Origin: a virus
DNA length: 46,789 bases
Strand: one strand, 5' to 3'
Virus record (IMG/VR): IMGVR_UViG_3300045988_051134
The translations under genes and the position numbers were made by a program. The notes beneath the pieces are model-generated. The model was given only the letters and a program-made list of their open reading frames with translations. It had not been told where the DNA came from and did no database searches. This document shows, piece by piece, positions 20,251-28,705 of this stretch (the first letter of the stretch is position 1; every line of letters begins with the position of its first letter).

Positions 20251-22110
20251 ATGGCTGAAAGCAAATCGGCTTCAGTAGTCTTTACAAATAGCAGCCTTTT
20301 GGCGAAAAATGCGCAAGTAACAGCTGACAGCGCCAAAACAGCAGCCGAAGTAGCACAAAAACAAGCCATTACTGCGCAGAGAACTGCGGACGGAAAAAAC
20401 AGCATCTACAGAGGGGCCGACCCTGCCACAGTGCCAACTGCTGGATTAAAAGAAGGCGACCTTTACTTTACTGACAATGCACTCTACACCTGGACGGGTA
20501 CGTCCTGGGAGAAAACTGTCAGTGATATCACTGGGGCAGAAATCCATTCCAAGGTAGAAAAAGCCATGGCGGAAAGCCAGAAGTTAGTAGTAGAATTGAA
20601 GTCTGATGTCGAAGCCAAAACTAAAGAGCTGGATGATAAGATCAAGAAAACCCAAGGTCAAACTGGCTTCTTTATCGGCACGACACCTCCACAAAACCCA
20701 GCTAAAGGTATGGTTTGGGCAACCACCGACTCATCTGGCAACATGACCAGCGCCAAGACTTGGAACGGTTCGTCTTGGGTTAGCACGGCCTTCACACAGG
20801 ATTTAGTTGCAGGGAATATCACAGCCACCAAGATTCAAGGTGGGGAGCTGGATATAAACAAAATCACAGTTAAGAATGCTCAAAACATACCGATCACCTC
20901 AACCGTTAGCCTTGGCCAGAAACTCAGCTATATCGAACAGGAAGCCGATAGCATTAACGCTTACGTTAAAGGCTCAAAAGGCTCAAAAATTCTCGAATCC
21001 ATTCTTTCGATGGACCCAGACCACTCATCTATAGCTCAAGTGGTTAATGGACAAATAGCAGCAGCCATCGGCACATACTCTGACGGTACTGTAAGAATTG
21101 ATGGTAAAGCTTTACATATCAACGCTCAGACTAAGATTGACGACGCTACTATCAAGTCTGCGATGATCGACAGTATTGAAGCTGACAAGATTACTACGGG
21201 GACGCTTAATGCAGACAAAGTTAACATAATAAATTTGAATGCTGACAAGATCACGTCTGGGACGCTTAACGGGATGACGATTACTGGGTCAACGTTTATT
21301 GCTACCGGCCAACAAACTGTACTTGTTAACGACAGCGGGTTTGAAGTAGGGAGTATGAAAGGCTCTAAGGCCAAATTATATGCTGGTGGTTTGGAAATAA
21401 CTACCGACAATAATGACTCTTTAGGTGAACGATTAATAGACTTAGTTATTCTAGATAAAGATGCTGGTCCGTACATTAAAATAAGAGATGAAAAAAAAGA
21501 TTCTGAGACTCATATCAGTTCTGGAATTATTCAAACACCCGACGCTAGAATCGGTCCTATCCATATTTCTTATCACCACATTCGATCTGACAATACCATT
21601 TGGATATCAAATGATAGCGACTCAAACTTCAATAATCAGGGCTCGGTCGGTCTACAAATCGAAGCAGGGGTTGGCTTAGGAGAAAACACGATTTACACGT
21701 ATACAAATGATTTATATATTCAAAAAGGTCTTGTTGTAAACCAAGAGTTATACTCAAGAGCCAGCAAGACTACCATCCACTGTCAAAAAGTAATCTCCCA
21801 AGTCGCAAACACCGTATCGTCTAGATTGTCCGTCAAAACCGACATCACGCCGGTGACTTATGACAGGGCATTGGCGGCAGTTGAGGGCACCGAGATGTAT
21901 GATTATCGCTATATCAGTGACGACAGTGGTCAGCACTACGTGTCAGGTATCATCGATGATGTCAATCCAGACCCGCAGTACCATATGGACGACATGCTGA
22001 TTAACAAAGAGCGTACTGCCAGAATCGACTCAAACCTCGTCGGGTACCACCATGTGGTTATCCAGAAGCTTCTTGAAAGAGTAGCCGCGCTGGAGGAAAA
22101 GGTAAAATAG
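20251..22110 (+). CDS. Tail fibre/receptor-binding protein with probable C-terminal intramolecular-chaperone (peptidase S74-like) domain
   Basis: 619 aa with AAAGGAG RBS. Repetitive 'ADKITTGTLNADKVNIINLNADKITSGTLNG' fibre-like segment. C-terminus (DITPVTYDRALAAVEGTEMYDYRYISD...LLERVAALEEKV) resembles autoproteolytic fibre chaperone domains. Confidence 0.5.
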   Translation: MAESKSASVVFTNSSLLAKNAQVTADSAKTAAEVAQKQAITAQRTADGKNSIYRGADPATVPTAGLKEGDLYFTDNALYTWTGTSWEKTVSDITGAEIHSKVEKAMAESQKLVVELKSDVEAKTKELDDKIKKTQGQTGFFIGTTPPQNPAKGMVWATTDSSGNMTSAKTWNGSSWVSTAFTQDLVAGNITATKIQGGELDINKITVKNAQNIPITSTVSLGQKLSYIEQEADSINAYVKGSKGSKILESILSMDPDHSSIAQVVNGQIAAAIGTYSDGTVRIDGKALHINAQTKIDDATIKSAMIDSIEADKITTGTLNADKVNIINLNADKITSGTLNGMTITGSTFIATGQQTVLVNDSGFEVGSMKGSKAKLYAGGLEITTDNNDSLGERLIDLVILDKDAGPYIKIRDEKKDSETHISSGIIQTPDARIGPIHISYHHIRSDNTIWISNDSDSNFNNQGSVGLQIEAGVGLGENTIYTYTNDLYIQKGLVVNQELYSRASKTTIHCQKVISQVANTVSSRLSVKTDITPVTYDRALAAVEGTEMYDYRYISDDSGQHYVSGIIDDVNPDPQYHMDDMLINKERTARIDSNLVGYHHVVIQKLLERVAALEEKVK

Positions 22111-22186
22111 TGGATCGAATACTGATCGTCAGGTCTCCGCCAAAATTACAGCATTACTGACTTTTTTAATACAAAGGAGCACAAAA

Positions 22187-22654
22187 ATGGAAATTAACGT
22201 AACATCAATTGATCAGACTTTTGATAATAACGAGCAAGCCAGCCAAATCATCGTGACCTTAAACGGCAGTTCTAGCGATTACAGTGGCGACTATCTAAGC
22301 AGCAATGTCAGCGTGACTAGCAAGGACTTGCCAGACGGCACCAGCCTGGACAACGTGCTGGACGGTGAAATCGAAACACTGGCGCGCAAGAAGCTGGCAG
22401 CTTATGCGGCTGGCGCAATGCCGATCAGAGTATCCAGCATCAACCGGGTTTATGACCAACAGACTAAGCAAATCGCCCACGTGGTTGTATCCTTGCTGGG
22501 TAATTTAACCGACGGGAGCGGCGATTATATCAACTGTCGCACTACGATCGCCAAGGAAGACTTGCCGTCAGACAAGACTTTCGCCACCATGACAGCGGCC
22601 GATTTTAAGGTTTTGGCTAAGGCCAAGCTGGTTGAAGTAACTAAAGTAGCATAG
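22187..22654 (+). CDS. Hypothetical protein built of two tandem ~75-aa repeats
   Basis: 155 aa with AAAGGAG RBS. Halves align: IIVTLNGSSSDYSGDYLSSNVSVTSKDLPDG... vs VVVSLLGNLTDGSGDYINCRTTIAKEDLPSD... Confidence 0.6.
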   Translation: MEINVTSIDQTFDNNEQASQIIVTLNGSSSDYSGDYLSSNVSVTSKDLPDGTSLDNVLDGEIETLARKKLAAYAAGAMPIRVSSINRVYDQQTKQIAHVVVSLLGNLTDGSGDYINCRTTIAKEDLPSDKTFATMTAADFKVLAKAKLVEVTKVA

Positions 22655-22664
22655 GAGGAAAGCA

Positions 22665-22823
22665 ATGCAAATCTCATCAGAGAATTACATCACCGTTTTG
22701 ACTGAGCAAATCAATGCTCTGATCGTCGAAAACATGCAGCTCAAGGCCCACATCCTGGACATGGAAGCCAAGGCAAAGGAAAACAGTGATGGCAAGACCG
22801 AAGAAAAAAGAATGAGAGGATGA
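22665..22823 (+). CDS. Hypothetical 52-aa coiled-coil protein
   Basis: ATG 6 nt after AGGAGG (below the 60-aa track cutoff). MQISSENYITVLTEQINALIVENMQLKAHILDMEAKAKENSDGKTEEKRMRG. Confidence 0.45.
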   Translation: MQISSENYITVLTEQINALIVENMQLKAHILDMEAKAKENSDGKTEEKRMRG

Positions 22824-22829
22824 TTCCTT

Positions 22830-24182
22830 ATGAGAAAGCTTTATCTTGCCAACGGCAATAGCGAATTTAAATTTGCCGATACTGCAACTGACATAAATTT
22901 GAGTGCCTTTGATGATGGTGCCCTGGCATCTTTAACAGCAAATGCAAAGGTCAGAATCAAGAACGATTCCGTATATTTGCTGGAGGTAAGTGCCAACGTC
23001 AAGAACAATCAAGCCACTATTACTAGCGGGCAATTGGCTCAGTTGCCAGTCGGAAGCTATCTGCTTGAACTGTGGGACACCGTAGACGGTGGTACTGCGA
23101 TCTATCCTAGTGATGGATTTCTGAGGCTTCAAATCAACGAGAACACCACTGGAATTTCTGGAGGAATCATCAGCAGCATCACGGTTGATGACTTCATTAA
23201 GCAGTTCAGTGACCTTAGTCAGCAACTGAAAAAAGAAGTTTCTGATGCTGTTTCCAATGGTCTGAAGGGTGATAAAGGCGATGTTGGCCCACAAGGCCCT
23301 CAAGGGCCACAAGGACCACAGGGGCCTCAAGGTCCTAATGGTGATCAAGGCATCCAGGGGCTTTCTGCTTATCAAGTTGCTGTCAATAATGGTTTTAAAG
23401 GCTCACAAACGGACTGGCTTGCTTCTCTTGTTGGCCCTAAGGGGGACTCGGCCAATGTGGAAGCCGGCGCAGGGGCTCACAATGCAACCTATCGTGGCGC
23501 CTATCTCGGCAACGCTTTGACCGACACTCAAGCGGCAGTGATCAAGGCGGGCACTTTTGATGGATTATTTATTGGCGACTACTGGACGATCGGTGGAGTC
23601 AATTACCGCATCGCGGCCTTTGACTACTACCTCAGCACTGGTGATACTGCATGCACTACCCACCACGTTGTCGTTGTGCCCGATGTGTCACTCTACAGAG
23701 CCAAGATGAATGAAACCGACACGACTGTTGGCGCATATGTCGGATCCGAAATGTACACCACCGGTTTGTCCCAAGCTAAGACTACCATCACCGCCGCATT
23801 TGGCAGTGCTCACTTGTTGACTCACCGCAACCAGCTGCAGAACGCATGCACGAATGGCGTTCCGACCGGTATCGCTTGGTTTGACTCAACGGTAGAGCTT
23901 ATGACGGAACAGAACATCTACGGTAACCAAATCATGAGCGCTCTCCCAAGTGGCGGTACTGTTAGCCCGTGGGATGTTAACGGTAACCACAACCATTTGG
24001 TTGACAAGAGCCAATATCCACTCTTTATGTTCAGACCGGATCTGATTTCAAGCAGTCAATGGTTCTGGCTTAGATCGGTTGTTTCCGCCACTCTCTTCGC
24101 CGGTGTCGGCAGCTACGGCAATGCCGACTGCGCCGGAGCCGCCTTCCTTGGCAGCGTGCGTCCTTCTTTCTCAATCTGCTAA
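22830..24182 (+). CDS. Collagen-repeat tail fibre/baseplate protein with BppU-N-like N-terminus
   Basis: 450 aa with 11 uninterrupted G-X-Y triplets (GLKGDKGDVGPQGPQGPQGPQGPQGPNGDQGIQG). N-terminal ...LPVGSYLLELWDTVDGGTAIYPSDG... resembles baseplate upper protein N-domains. Confidence 0.6.
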   Translation: MRKLYLANGNSEFKFADTATDINLSAFDDGALASLTANAKVRIKNDSVYLLEVSANVKNNQATITSGQLAQLPVGSYLLELWDTVDGGTAIYPSDGFLRLQINENTTGISGGIISSITVDDFIKQFSDLSQQLKKEVSDAVSNGLKGDKGDVGPQGPQGPQGPQGPQGPNGDQGIQGLSAYQVAVNNGFKGSQTDWLASLVGPKGDSANVEAGAGAHNATYRGAYLGNALTDTQAAVIKAGTFDGLFIGDYWTIGGVNYRIAAFDYYLSTGDTACTTHHVVVVPDVSLYRAKMNETDTTVGAYVGSEMYTTGLSQAKTTITAAFGSAHLLTHRNQLQNACTNGVPTGIAWFDSTVELMTEQNIYGNQIMSALPSGGTVSPWDVNGNHNHLVDKSQYPLFMFRPDLISSSQWFWLRSVVSATLFAGVGSYGNADCAGAAFLGSVRPSFSIC

Positions 24183-24215
24183 TCCAAAGAACTAACAACT
24201 AAGGAGAAAAAAATA

Positions 24216-24527
24216 ATGGCATACAGCATAACTCTATCCGACGGCACCAAGCTTGACAACTTGACGCTTAACGGAAACAACTTCATTTCGTCTACTAAGC
24301 TGACCGAAGACGATTTTAAGGACAAGTTAAGCAAGGTTACTATCACAGACGATGACGGAAAAGCTAAGGACTACACCGACATGGTGCTCGTCCAAGTGAC
24401 CCAAATGGGTGACGAAACATGGTTCATCTTGGGCGAAAAAACACAAGATAACGTGTCAAAATTGCGAGATGCAGTCGCTGCGTTAACAAACATAATTATG
24501 CAAGGGGGGGCGGCTAATGTGGAGTAA
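24216..24527 (+). CDS. Hypothetical protein
   Basis: 103 aa with AAGGAG RBS, in the fibre-to-lysis interval. Confidence 0.6.
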   Translation: MAYSITLSDGTKLDNLTLNGNNFISSTKLTEDDFKDKLSKVTITDDDGKAKDYTDMVLVQVTQMGDETWFILGEKTQDNVSKLRDAVAALTNIIMQGGAANVE

Positions 24528-24729
24528 AGTTGAGTTGGTTAAATACTGCTTTGACAGCGGTAACTTAACCGTAGACCAAATCAAGCGCTATGTCGTTGTA
24601 GGCACCTTGACTGCAGATGAGTTCAAGGCGATCACGGGTGAAGACTATGTTGCGGGGCACCTTGAATCTAAGGCAAAGGAGACGAGCGATGGCAAGACTG
24701 AAGAAAGCAGTAACCAACCTGCTCAGTAG
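24517..24729 (+). CDS. XkdX-family small phage protein
   Basis: 70 aa. W..V..Y...G.LT.DQI..YV..G.LT.DEFK.ITGEDY matches the XkdX pattern. Typical position before the holin. Confidence 0.6.
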   Translation: MWSKVELVKYCFDSGNLTVDQIKRYVVVGTLTADEFKAITGEDYVAGHLESKAKETSDGKTEESSNQPAQ

Positions 24730-25114
24730 TCCACTCCACGCGATTGTGGGGCTTGACCTGCTAGCAACGGGGCTTATGTTGCTGACCCACCAGCGCTACT
24801 TCTTTTGGCCACCCAATTGGGAAACGCTGCTAAAAATCGAAAACAACTCCGCAGTTGGCATTGTGGGAATTGCGATCGGAATCGGCTTGATTGGCTGGAG
24901 TGTAGGCTTTTTAGAAAACACCAGAGCTAATCAAGTTCTACTCGCACTATCTGCTGCTTATCTAACTTGGCTGGGATTCAATGAGCTAATGCATGCCATT
25001 TTCGCGCCGCTTAGCACGCCTAGAATGATAATGTCCGGTTTTCAAGATCTCATTATGGTTTTGCTGTCACTGTATTTGGCAAAGACCGGCCCAAGCAATA
25101 GAGACAACGAATAG
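24689..25114 (+). CDS. Membrane protein (about 4 TM), possible holin-associated
   Basis: Track ORF is 24617..25114. I prefer ATG 24689, preceded by AAGGAG (141 aa). Hydrophobic segments include AIVGLDLLATGLMLL and VGIVGIAIGIGLIGW. Confidence 0.55.
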   Translation: MARLKKAVTNLLSSPLHAIVGLDLLATGLMLLTHQRYFFWPPNWETLLKIENNSAVGIVGIAIGIGLIGWSVGFLENTRANQVLLALSAAYLTWLGFNELMHAIFAPLSTPRMIMSGFQDLIMVLLSLYLAKTGPSNRDNE

Positions 25115-25127
25115 AGAGGAGAAGCAT

Positions 25128-25421
25128 GTGAGATGGCAAGACGTCATAGTAAAGGTGGTCCCAATTCTCCCTACTCTGTTAATCTATTGGGCCAGCTACA
25201 ACTTATCTCAGGAGAAGCAACGCAAAGAGAACGAGGAGAATCGCGAAGCACGCTTGAACAGCGAGAATCAAGACTTGTTAAAGAAACTTGAAAAAGAGCG
25301 TGATGAGCGCTTTAAAGCTCAAGAAGAAGTGATTAAATTGCAGTCGAAGATTGCAAGACTTGAGGCCAAGGTTGATAAGTTAGAGGAAATGTTAAACGAG
25401 AGAGGTAAAGACAAACAATGA
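25128..25421 (+). CDS. Membrane-anchored coiled-coil protein (lysis-cassette associated)
   Basis: 97 aa, GTG start after GAGGAG. N-terminal TM (VVPILPTLLIYWASY), then a charged coiled coil. Confidence 0.5.
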   Translation: MRWQDVIVKVVPILPTLLIYWASYNLSQEKQRKENEENREARLNSENQDLLKKLEKERDERFKAQEEVIKLQSKIARLEAKVDKLEEMLNERGKDKQ

Positions 25422-25795
25422 TTGATCAAGTTATTCAAGTAATTATCCTTGCAGCTATTGCACTGGTAACTATTGGGGTTGAAACTTTGATGGCCAAGAA
25501 CAGCAAAGTTAAGGCCGTTATCGATGTGATTAACGAGCTTGCACCAAGCGCCGTTGTTGCCGCCGAAAAGACAGGCATTGCCCAAGGATTAACAGGGCAG
25601 TTGAAAAAGAGTGAAGCAGTGCAGACTGTTATCACTGAACTTCAAAAGTTGGGCTGGACTGATGCTGATACCAAGACTGTTGAAAATGCAGTCGAAAAAG
25701 CCTGGGCCGAACTGGCAAAAGACGGTACATTAAGCACTTACAGTGATAAGAAGGAAGAGGTACAGAGTGAAGCAACCACAGCTAATCAAAAGTAA
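25418..25795 (+). CDS. Holin, LL-H family-like
   Basis: 125 aa. N-terminal TM (VIQVIILAAIALVTIGV) plus a soluble tail. Resembles the Lactobacillus phage LL-H holin family and lies directly upstream of the endolysin. Confidence 0.65.
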   Translation: MIDQVIQVIILAAIALVTIGVETLMAKNSKVKAVIDVINELAPSAVVAAEKTGIAQGLTGQLKKSEAVQTVITELQKLGWTDADTKTVENAVEKAWAELAKDGTLSTYSDKKEEVQSEATTANQK

Positions 25796-26990
25796 GCTGG
25801 CTTTAATCGGGGCGACGGCATTAATTGGCTTGTCCTCTAATCGAGTGCAAGCTGCTAGACGGCTAGGCAATGATGTTTCAAGCTACCAGGACAGCACTCA
25901 AAGCTACTTTAGATCAATCAAGAGCAAGGGGGCTAAGTTTGTTATTGTTAAGCTTGGAGGCAGCGGTGGCGCAGAAGGCTATCACTACCAGAACCCAAAG
26001 GCAAGCGCCCAGCTTGCTAATGCTAAGGCAGCAGGTTTAGATGTTGGTGGTTATTACTGGGGTCAATTTGGCGCAAGTACTTCAAGCGCCAAGTCCATGG
26101 CCAAGATGGCCATTGCAGATGCAAAGAAGTTTGGCCTGGAAGCTGGTTCTGTGATCGCCTTGGACTATGAAGCTGGGGCAAGCAGCAGCAAGCCAGCCAA
26201 CACCACGGCTATATTGGCATTTATGTCGGCTATCAAGTCAGCCGGTTACAAGCCTATCCTCTACTCTGGATCTTACTACTTCAAGCAGTACGTAGATGTA
26301 GATAAGGTGGGAAAAAGATACGGCGATGTTATCTGGGTAGCCAGTTATAAGACTATGGGGCTGCAGACTAAGCCGGACTTCAATTACTTCCCAAGTATGC
26401 CGCACGTTGGGCTATGGCAATACGCCGATAACTGGTACGGAATAGACGGCAATGTGGAACTTAAGAACAATCTGGTAACTAGTGGCAAGGTGGCTAAGAA
26501 AACGCCAGTTAAACCGGCAAACGCCACCACCAATAAGCAGATAGGCGTACAGCCGATTCCAAAGTCCAACAAGTACACCATCAAGCAGGGCGACAGTTGG
26601 TACTCAATTGCAACGAGATACGGCTTGGACGCTGGTTTGCTGGCACGCTTAAACGGCAAGACCGAGAAGAGCACGATTCACCCTGGGCAGGTTATCAAGC
26701 TTACTGGTGTAATTAAGGTTCAACCAAAGCAAGCTAAGAAGGCCACTGCTAAGAAGACCGCCACTAAAAAGCCAATCACGGTTACGGTTAAGTCTGGCAT
26801 TGTTCAGGCCAAGTGGCTGGGCTATGGTAAGGCAAACTGGAAGATTAGATTAATCAACGGCAAGGGCTATTACACTAACACCTATGTTAAGCAATTATCT
26901 CGCTGGAAGTACAGCAAGATCAACAGCAAGGGCTATCTAATCGGCAGGGATCTTTGGTTGCCTAAGAATTACGCAAATGTAGTTAAGTAG
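25767..26990 (+). CDS. Endolysin: signal peptide + GH25 muramidase + LysM + C-terminal binding domain
   Basis: Track ORF starts at 25743. GTG 25767 follows GGAAGAGG. N-terminus KSKLALIGATALIGLSSNRVQA|A looks like a signal peptide. GH25-like NDVSSYQ...GLWQY. LysM YTIKQGDSWYSIATRYGLDAGLLARLNG. Confidence 0.85.
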   Translation: MKQPQLIKSKLALIGATALIGLSSNRVQAARRLGNDVSSYQDSTQSYFRSIKSKGAKFVIVKLGGSGGAEGYHYQNPKASAQLANAKAAGLDVGGYYWGQFGASTSSAKSMAKMAIADAKKFGLEAGSVIALDYEAGASSSKPANTTAILAFMSAIKSAGYKPILYSGSYYFKQYVDVDKVGKRYGDVIWVASYKTMGLQTKPDFNYFPSMPHVGLWQYADNWYGIDGNVELKNNLVTSGKVAKKTPVKPANATTNKQIGVQPIPKSNKYTIKQGDSWYSIATRYGLDAGLLARLNGKTEKSTIHPGQVIKLTGVIKVQPKQAKKATAKKTATKKPITVTVKSGIVQAKWLGYGKANWKIRLINGKGYYTNTYVKQLSRWKYSKINSKGYLIGRDLWLPKNYANVVK

Positions 26991-27003
26991 TAAGGAAGAG
27001 ATT

Positions 27004-27333
27004 ATGAATACACTAACGATTGAGTACGACACGATCAAAAGTGGCGACACTTCCCACGGCTTCGTACTGAGCGCAGCCGAAGATGGCCAGGTTAAGACCT
27101 TTACCGACACGGACCAGGTAGTGGTCAAGGTGGGGGATGCCAATTTGAAGCAGATAGCCACCTTGGACACTCTGGTCAACGGCGACGGGTCGCTGATCGC
27201 ATCCTCATCCAATTTGGCTGGACTGCCAGCTGGGCAGTACTCCGTTGAATTATGGCAGACCACCGACACTGGCGTGGTGGTTTATCCATCAAACGGGCAG
27301 GCAATTATCACGCTGATGCCATCTATTAACTAA
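27004..27333 (+). CDS. Stand-alone BppU-N-like domain protein
   Basis: 109 aa with AAGGAAGAG RBS. ...LAGLPAGQYSVELWQTTDTGVVVYPSNGQ... is paralogous to the N-terminus of the 450-aa collagen-repeat protein. Confidence 0.6.
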   Translation: MNTLTIEYDTIKSGDTSHGFVLSAAEDGQVKTFTDTDQVVVKVGDANLKQIATLDTLVNGDGSLIASSSNLAGLPAGQYSVELWQTTDTGVVVYPSNGQAIITLMPSIN

Positions 27334-27357
27334 CTAGATTTTGCTTAACCTAAAGAA

Positions 27358-27390
27358 AGCCTTGAGAAATCAATATCTCAAGGCTTTTTT
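27358..27390 (+). terminator. Rho-independent terminator ending the late/lysis transcription unit
   Basis: 10-bp perfect stem agccttgaga/tctcaaggct, 8-nt loop, followed by TTTTT. Confidence 0.8.
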
Positions 27391-27548
27391 GTGTTTCTAG
27401 CGAAAGGAATTATTTGATTTTTTCGGGAAATTTCCGATTTTTTCTAGACCTGACGCAAGAAAAAGCAGCCAGACAGCTGGGGATTAGCCCAGACACTCTA
27501 GAACAGTTTTTACGGGCTAAAAAACTAGTAAAAAAGTCAAAAAAAAAC

Positions 27549-27577
27549 TTGCAATTAGTCAAAAAGGCGAGTAATAT
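27549..27577 (+). promoter_or_regulatory. Early promoter (sigma-A type)
   Basis: TTGCAA (27549-54), 17-nt spacer, TAATAT (27572-77). A-tract-rich upstream region. 48 nt upstream of the first early gene. Confidence 0.6.
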
Positions 27578-27625
27578 ATTTGGTGTAAGGAAGTTAACCG
27601 AAACGACCAAGGAGGTGAAACTAAA

Positions 27626-27832
27626 ATGGTAGTTCTGAAACCTAACGCTAGTGAAATCCTAACCAGCGAGATCGAAAAGCGTGGGTTAAAGCTAACCTAC
27701 GTAGCCAAGAAGGCAGGCGTTGAGTACACGTATGCGTCAGCAGTTCTGAGCGGAAAAAGACGGCTTACGACCGAAAAAGCCCTGCAAATTGCTAAGGCAA
27801 TCGGTCTGAGCTACGAAAAAATTTTAAACTGA
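27626..27832 (+). CDS. XRE/Cro-like helix-turn-helix regulator
   Basis: 68 aa with AAGGAGG RBS. HTH-like LTYVAKKAGVEYTYASAVLSGKRRLT. Confidence 0.55.
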   Translation: MVVLKPNASEILTSEIEKRGLKLTYVAKKAGVEYTYASAVLSGKRRLTTEKALQIAKAIGLSYEKILN

Positions 27833-27872
27833 AAAGTTGGCAATTTTGACCAATAGAAAGAGGGAACATCAA

Positions 27873-28673
27873 ATGACTAGCGAAGTTCAAACTTTTAATT
27901 TTGTAAACAGCCAAGTAAGCAGCCCAGTAAGAGTTGTTGAAATCGAAGGAAATCCCTGGTTTGTTGGTAAGGATGTGGCAAAGGTGCTTGGCTACGCAAG
28001 ACCAACTAAGGCAATCCATGATCACGTGGACCAAGAAGATCGGTGTGAGCAGATTGTGACTATTTCACAATCGTCCCAAAACGGGACTCCCCAAAACACG
28101 TTGCTGGTTGCTGAGTCTGGGGTCTACTCACTGATCTTTGCCAGCAAACTCCCAGCGACTAAGAAGTTCAAGCGCTGGGTGACCAGCGAAGTGCTTCCAG
28201 CAATCCGCAAGCACGGGGCTTACATGACCGACGCCAAGGCCAAGGCTATCGTAACTGACAAGTCAGCCCTTGCTGATCTGCTTCAACAAGCTGCTGACCA
28301 GCTCAAGGCCAAGGACATCTTGATCGAAGAGCTGAAGCCCAAAGCGCTGTTTGCAGACAGCGTGGCGGCAAGCAAGTCAACCATACTCGTTGGGGAGCTG
28401 GCCAAGATCTTGAGAGGCAACGGCGTCGACATCGGCGCGAACCGGCTTTTCGCGTGGATGCGGGAAAACGGCTACTTGATCTCCAGAAAGGGCTCCGACT
28501 GGAACATGCCGACGCAACGCGCTATGGACATGGGCCTCTTCAAGATTAAGGAGACCACGATCTACCATAGCAATGGCGTGACGACGCTCAGCAAGACGCC
28601 GAAAGTAACTGGCAAGGGGCAACAGTACTTCATCAACAAGCTGTTGAAGAAGAAGAACGTGAAGAGCGCTTAG
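27873..28673 (+). CDS. Antirepressor (Bro-N + KilAC/ANT C-terminal domains)
   Basis: Track ORF starts at 27837; ATG 27873 follows AGAGGGA. NPWFVGKDVAKVLGY (Bro-N-like) and LVGELAKILRGNGVDIGANRLFAWMRENGYL (KilAC-like). Confidence 0.8.
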   Translation: MTSEVQTFNFVNSQVSSPVRVVEIEGNPWFVGKDVAKVLGYARPTKAIHDHVDQEDRCEQIVTISQSSQNGTPQNTLLVAESGVYSLIFASKLPATKKFKRWVTSEVLPAIRKHGAYMTDAKAKAIVTDKSALADLLQQAADQLKAKDILIEELKPKALFADSVAASKSTILVGELAKILRGNGVDIGANRLFAWMRENGYLISRKGSDWNMPTQRAMDMGLFKIKETTIYHSNGVTTLSKTPKVTGKGQQYFINKLLKKKNVKSA

Positions 28674-28705
28674 TAGCGTGCTTCTCCAGAGAGGAGGGGG
28701 AGGCG

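Noticed and set aside
23941-23950. 10-mer ctctcccaag inside the collagen-fibre gene matches part of the conserved hairpin loop
   Set aside because: It is an isolated match with no flanking stem or heptamers, and it lies in frame in a coding region (…SALPSGG…). I treat it as coincidence.
27555-27565. TAGTCAAAAA in the spacer of the early promoter resembles the first R2 heptamer context (gtagtcaaaaatg)
   Set aside because: Only a 6-nt core is shared. A hexamer is expected about 20 times by chance in this window. The evidence is too weak to propose a shared operator.
27414-27632. 72-aa ORF with an HTH-like stretch (LTQEKAARQLGISPDTLEQFL)
   Set aside because: It has a TTG start without an RBS, spans the A-tract region and the early promoter, and its 3' end overlaps the RBS and start of the next gene. 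It may be a decayed regulator remnant, but it is not supportable as a live CDS.
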